The notes beneath the pieces were generated by a model that saw only the letters and a program-made list of their open reading frames with translations, had not been told where the DNA came from and did no database searches. The translations under genes were made by a program, and so were the position numbers. Below are positions 51,511 to 55,025 of a stretch of DNA of 55,025 nucleotides, piece after piece (positions within the stretch are counted from its first letter, which is position 1; every line of letters begins with the position of its first letter). This DNA comes from Candidatus Moraniibacteriota bacterium (GTDB taxonomy: Bacteria; Patescibacteriota; Minisyncoccia; JAHIHE01; JAGLIN01), in contig DAOWHY010000035.1 in assembly GCA_030641185.1 (NCBI GenBank), forward strand, positions 1-55,025, in the 5' to 3' direction.

Positions 51511-52401
51511 ATGAAAAAAATAAAAGATCTGCAATTGAATTTTTTAATCCAGATTATTATCGCTTTTTTAATCACCGCCTCTCTTTCCTTGGCAACGGCG
51601 CATAATATGACGACTGGAAAAGTTATTTATACTTCAGAGCCCGTTCAATCTATCTATGTCCCGCCATCACCCGTTCCGCCGTATCAGCCGGCAGAAATTG
51701 GCGTGTTTCAATTTCTAGTTTCTTTTTTAATCGCGACTCTTTTAATGCTACTTTTTTTGAAAATATCTAAAGGTAAATTTATGTTTGAAATTTTCTTTTC
51801 CGGAGCGATAGTTTTTGGCGCGCAGGGACCTTTGGGAATTGTTTTTGTTAAATTTACCGCCTTTTTAGGCGCTATTGCTATTGTCGCTTTAAGATTTATT
51901 TATCCAAGAATTTTGACGCAAAATATCGCAATAATAATCGGTATTGCCGGAATCTCCGCAAGTTTAGGTATGAGCGTCAAACCATTGATGGTGTTAATAA
52001 TATTAATTCTTCTTTCTATTTATGATATTATTGCTGTATATAAAACACGCCATATGATCAAGCTTTTTAAAGAAATGGCTAAGAGAGGAGCGGTCCTTGC
52101 TCTTGTGGTTCCGAAAAGTTTTTCTTTGTGGTTTAATAAATTTGAAATAATAAAACCGGAAAATAAAAACGAGTTTATTTTTTTGGGAACGGGAGATTTG
52201 GCTTTACCTATTTTCTTTGCGATATCAGCCTTGTCGTTGGGAATTAGATTCTTTTTACTTATAATTTTCGGGGCAGTTATTGGGTTTGCCGTCAATCATC
52301 TAATTTTTATAAATCAAAAAGAGAGGAAACCGATACCAGCTCTTCCGGCTATAGCATTTTTTTCTATACTGGGATATGCCTGTAGTTTTATGTATAAATA
52401 A
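51511..52401 (+). CDS. presenilin / signal-peptide-peptidase-like intramembrane aspartyl protease (A22 family, archaeal PSH type)
   Basis: Polytopic membrane protein with LSIYDIIAVYKTRHM (YD motif), FLGTGDLALP (GxGD motif) and PALPAI (PAL motif), in the canonical order. Confidence 0.75.
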   Translation: MKKIKDLQLNFLIQIIIAFLITASLSLATAHNMTTGKVIYTSEPVQSIYVPPSPVPPYQPAEIGVFQFLVSFLIATLLMLLFLKISKGKFMFEIFFSGAIVFGAQGPLGIVFVKFTAFLGAIAIVALRFIYPRILTQNIAIIIGIAGISASLGMSVKPLMVLIILILLSIYDIIAVYKTRHMIKLFKEMAKRGAVLALVVPKSFSLWFNKFEIIKPENKNEFIFLGTGDLALPIFFAISALSLGIRFFLLIIFGAVIGFAVNHLIFINQKERKPIPALPAIAFFSILGYACSFMYK

Positions 52402-52413
52402 TATAATTAAAAT

Positions 52414-52848
52414 ATGCAACAAAAAGAAGAAAAATTCGTAAAAGTTGTTTTTAGAAGAATTATTATTCTGAAGGATTTTTTATTGAGCGGGTGTAAAATA
52501 ATTATTGCCAGACCTTATTGGAAAGATAAGCAAATAATGACGATCCTTTTTTTGAGCGTTTTGCTAAATATTTTCATTTGGATTTTTCTTTTTCAAAATC
52601 AAAAGGAAAACAGCTATCCCATTATCTTGCATTATAATTTATTTTTTGGCGTTGATTATCTTGGCAATTATGAAAAAGTTTATTTAATCCCACTATCCGG
52701 GCTTATTGTAATTATTGTAAATTCAATTTTGGGACATTTGCTGTATTTAAAAGAAAAATTAGCAGTTTATTTTTTGGTTTTTATTATTTTTATAATCCAG
52801 GTTTTTTTATTAATAAACAGCTATTTAATTATAAGAATTAATTCATGA
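52414..52848 (+). CDS. hypothetical membrane protein; start uncertain
   Basis: ORF with three or four hydrophobic helices, followed by a perfect 23-bp hairpin. An internal ATG giving MTILFLSVLL is also possible. Confidence 0.4.
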   Translation: MQQKEEKFVKVVFRRIIILKDFLLSGCKIIIARPYWKDKQIMTILFLSVLLNIFIWIFLFQNQKENSYPIILHYNLFFGVDYLGNYEKVYLIPLSGLIVIIVNSILGHLLYLKEKLAVYFLVFIIFIIQVFLLINSYLIIRINS

Positions 52849-52853
52849 ACATT

Positions 52854-52932
52854 AAAATATTAAAACACGAGAACATGTTGAGATTTCAAAATTTTGTTTT
52901 AATGTTTTGATGTTCTCGTGTTTTAATATTTT
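52854..52932 (+). terminator. perfect 23-bp stem hairpin with a 33-nt loop, followed by a T-run
   Basis: AAAATATTAAAACACGAGAACAT (52854-76) is the exact reverse complement of ATGTTCTCGTGTTTTAATATTTT (52910-32). Confidence 0.6.
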
Positions 52933-52937
52933 TGGGG

Positions 52938-52965
52938 TTGACATATGATTTCAATATGATACTAT
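52938..52965 (+). promoter_or_regulatory. sigma-70-like promoter upstream of greA
   Basis: TTGACA (52938-43), a 16-nt spacer, then TGaTACTAT (extended -10, 52957-65). Confidence 0.55.
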
Positions 52966-53069
52966 GGTACAAGTGATTTTTACCCAACTTATTTAGTGGG
53001 TTTTTAATTTTATAAATCGCTAATTTTAAGGTTTAGAAACATTATAAAATAATCAGATAAAACAAAAAA

Positions 53070-53531
53070 ATGGCAAAAAAATTCATTACAATAGATGGTT
53101 TAAAGAAATTAAAAGAAGAACTTAATTATTTAAAAACATCAAAAAGACAAGAGATATCAAAACGAATTCAGAGCGCGAAAGAATTAGGAGATCTGAGTGA
53201 AAATGCGGAATATTCCGAGGCAAAAGAACAGCAAGCTCTTAATGAATCAAAAATTGAAGAGTTGGAAGAAACTTTTAAAAATATTGAAACAATTGATGAT
53301 CGTCATTCAAAGTCCAATGTTGTGAATATTGGATCTACGATAAAAATGAAGAATGGAGAAATTGAACGCACTCTTACTATAGTCGGTTCAAATGAAGCCG
53401 ATCCGTCGGAAGGTAGAATTTCCAACGAATCACCTCTTGCAATGTCTTTTTTGGGGCATAAAGTTAATGATAAAGTTGAAGTTAAAACTCCAAAAGGAAA
53501 AACAAGCTATCTTATCTTAGAAATTTCATAA
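53070..53531 (+). CDS. greA: transcription elongation factor GreA
   Basis: IT..G...LKEEL.YLK...R.EI...I..A...GDLSENAEY..AKE.Q, with a C-terminal FKBP-like domain (ISNESPLAMSFLGHKVNDKVEV). Confidence 0.93.
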   Translation: MAKKFITIDGLKKLKEELNYLKTSKRQEISKRIQSAKELGDLSENAEYSEAKEQQALNESKIEELEETFKNIETIDDRHSKSNVVNIGSTIKMKNGEIERTLTIVGSNEADPSEGRISNESPLAMSFLGHKVNDKVEVKTPKGKTSYLILEIS

Positions 53532-53553
53532 ACGATTTAAATCTAGTTATTAT

Positions 53554-53586
53554 AAAAGACGATGATTTTGAATCTCGTCTTTTTTG
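53554..53586 (+). terminator. terminator after greA
   Basis: AAAAGACGA-loop-TCGTCTTTTTTT. Confidence 0.7.
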
Positions 53587-53721
53587 TATCCCGCTTAATT
53601 ACGATAAATTATTAAAAGCGCTTTTTGTTTTTAATAGTTTAGTGATATAATGAATTTAGATTAGTGGAAAGATGTATTGCAGAGGAAATTTTGGGTTACT
53701 GAAATATGATTGTGTAGAATT

Positions 53722-53924
53722 TGTCATCCTGAACTTGTTTCAGGATATTTCAGCCATTATATTGATTTAGCCCACAAGTCACAAAGCATTTAACTAAACC
53801 GAAAACACAATTGTCGTATCAAACGGGAAGACACTTGAATTTTCATTGTAAACGAAAGGCAATACTGAATAGTACAAATTAAAACTTAAAATGTAAAAGA
53901 TCCTGAAACAAGTTCAGGATGACA
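53722..53924. mobile_element. family B full-length MITE-like element, 203 bp
   Basis: TGTCATCCTGAACTTGTTTCAGGAT ... ATCCTGAAACAAGTTCAGGATGACA. It ends 17 nt before the dnaG start codon. Confidence 0.88.
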
Positions 53925-53941
53925 GAATCTAAGTTATCAAT

Positions 53942-55025
53942 ATGCTCATCTCTCAAACAGACGAAATAAAATCAAAATTGAGCGTGGAAGAAGTGATTTC
54001 GGGGTATCTTCAGCTACAAAGAGCGGGGAGAAATTTGAAAGCCAATTGCCCATTTCACAATGAAAAGACTCCATCTTTTATGGTCAGCCCTGAACGACAG
54101 ATGTGGCATTGTTTTGGCTGTGGCGAAGGCGGGGATATTTTTACTTTTGTAATGAAAATTGAAGGACTTGAATTTCGCGACGCGCTAAAATTGTTGGCAG
54201 AAAAAGCGGGAGTGGAACTTAAAAGTGCTGGTTATAAAAGCGGTGATAGCGGAAAGAAAAAAAGAATTTTTGAAGTTGTTGAAGTTTCCAGAAAATTTTA
54301 CGAAGAATGTTTGAAAATAAAAACGGGCAAAAAAGCATCCGAGTATTTATTAGAAAGGGGACTTTCAAAAAACACAATAGAAAAATTTCAGCTTGGGTAC
54401 GCGCCGGATTCATGGGATTTACTAAGTAAATTTCTACAGAAAAAAGGCTACAAAGAAAATGAAATTTTTGCCGCTGGAATGACCGTAAAAAAAGATCGCG
54501 GCGGATATTATGACAGATTTCGCGGCAGAATAATGTTTCCAATTAATAATATCAGCGAACAAACAATCGGATTCAGTTCTCGCGTTATGCCTGGACAGGA
54601 TGAAAGCCAGGCAAAATATATCAACACGCCAGAGACTATATTATATAACAAAAGCCAGGTTTTATATGGTTTGGACAAAGCAAAACTTGCGATCAGAAAA
54701 AATAATTCGGCGATTTTGGTGGAAGGCAATATGGATGTCATTGCCTCCTTTCAGGCTAAAATTGAAAATGTCGTCGCCGCTTCAGGAACCGCTTTAACAA
54801 ATGAGCAAATAAGAATTATAAAAAGATATACGGACAACGTTGCTTTTTCATTTGACTTAGATCCTGCTGGAATTAAAGCGGCGAATCGAGGAATAGAAAT
54901 CGCCCTGGCGGAAGGAATGAATGTTCAGGTGATCACGGTTCCCGAAGGAAAAGATCCCGCCGACTGCGTAAAGAATAATCCCGCTTTATGGAAAGAAGCG
55001 GTTAAAGATCCGAGTCCAATTATGG
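53942..55025 (+). CDS. dnaG: DNA primase, 3' end cut by window edge
   Basis: Absent from the ORF track because it runs off the window. Manual translation gives CHC2 zinc finger CPFHNEKTPSFMVSPERQMWHCFGCGEGGD, YDRFRGRIMFPI, NTPET.LY.K...LYGL, and TOPRIM ILVEGNMDVI...SGTALT. Confidence 0.93.
   Translation, partial: MLISQTDEIKSKLSVEEVISGYLQLQRAGRNLKANCPFHNEKTPSFMVSPERQMWHCFGCGEGGDIFTFVMKIEGLEFRDALKLLAEKAGVELKSAGYKSGDSGKKKRIFEVVEVSRKFYEECLKIKTGKKASEYLLERGLSKNTIEKFQLGYAPDSWDLLSKFLQKKGYKENEIFAAGMTVKKDRGGYYDRFRGRIMFPINNISEQTIGFSSRVMPGQDESQAKYINTPETILYNKSQVLYGLDKAKLAIRKNNSAILVEGNMDVIASFQAKIENVVAASGTALTNEQIRIIKRYTDNVAFSFDLDPAGIKAANRGIEIALAEGMNVQVITVPEGKDPADCVKNNPALWKEAVKDPSPIM

Overview
AT-rich (about one-third G+C by eye), gene-dense bacterial fragment read with the standard code; TGA is used as a stop at the normal ends of mraY and other conserved genes. 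The small genes, gene content and heavy repeat load suggest a Patescibacteria/CPR (Parcubacteria-like) genome, but that assignment is inference only. Recognisable content, in order: recQ (5' truncated); infA-rpmJ-rpsM-rpsK-rpsD-rpoA-rplQ-rplM-rpsI; a small island with a secreted amidase; mreB; two GT4 glycosyltransferases; a large surface protein; an NlpC/P60 peptidase; a GldA/F/G-like ABC system; a PKD surface protein; rmuC plus a NUDIX hydrolase; a tRNA-modification neighbourhood (SpoU methyltransferase, Trm9-like methyltransferase, TRASH-type 4-Cys protein, Elp3); a membrane-anchored ClpB/C-like AAA+ protein; a geranylgeranyl-reductase-like flavoprotein; cyclophilin; a permease; VanZ; mraY; two paralogous secreted proteins; a D-aminoacylase-like amidohydrolase; tgt; a Na/Pi cotransporter; a CvpA-CAP fusion; a presenilin/SPP-like protease; greA; and dnaG (3' truncated). 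No rRNA, tRNA or CRISPR array was seen. The main sequence-level feature is at least a dozen families of short palindromic MITE/REP-like repeats. They fill most intergenic spacers, including inside the ribosomal-protein operon. One copy is nested inside another with a TAA duplication. Several copies sit in frame inside conserved coding genes (two glycosyltransferases, Elp3, NlpC/P60). The best candidate for an undescribed system is the compact Elp3 + TRASH-type protein + Trm9-like methyltransferase cluster, which looks like a eukaryote/archaeon-style mcm5U34 wobble-modification module in a bacterium. All functional calls come from reading motifs in the translations; no database search was run.
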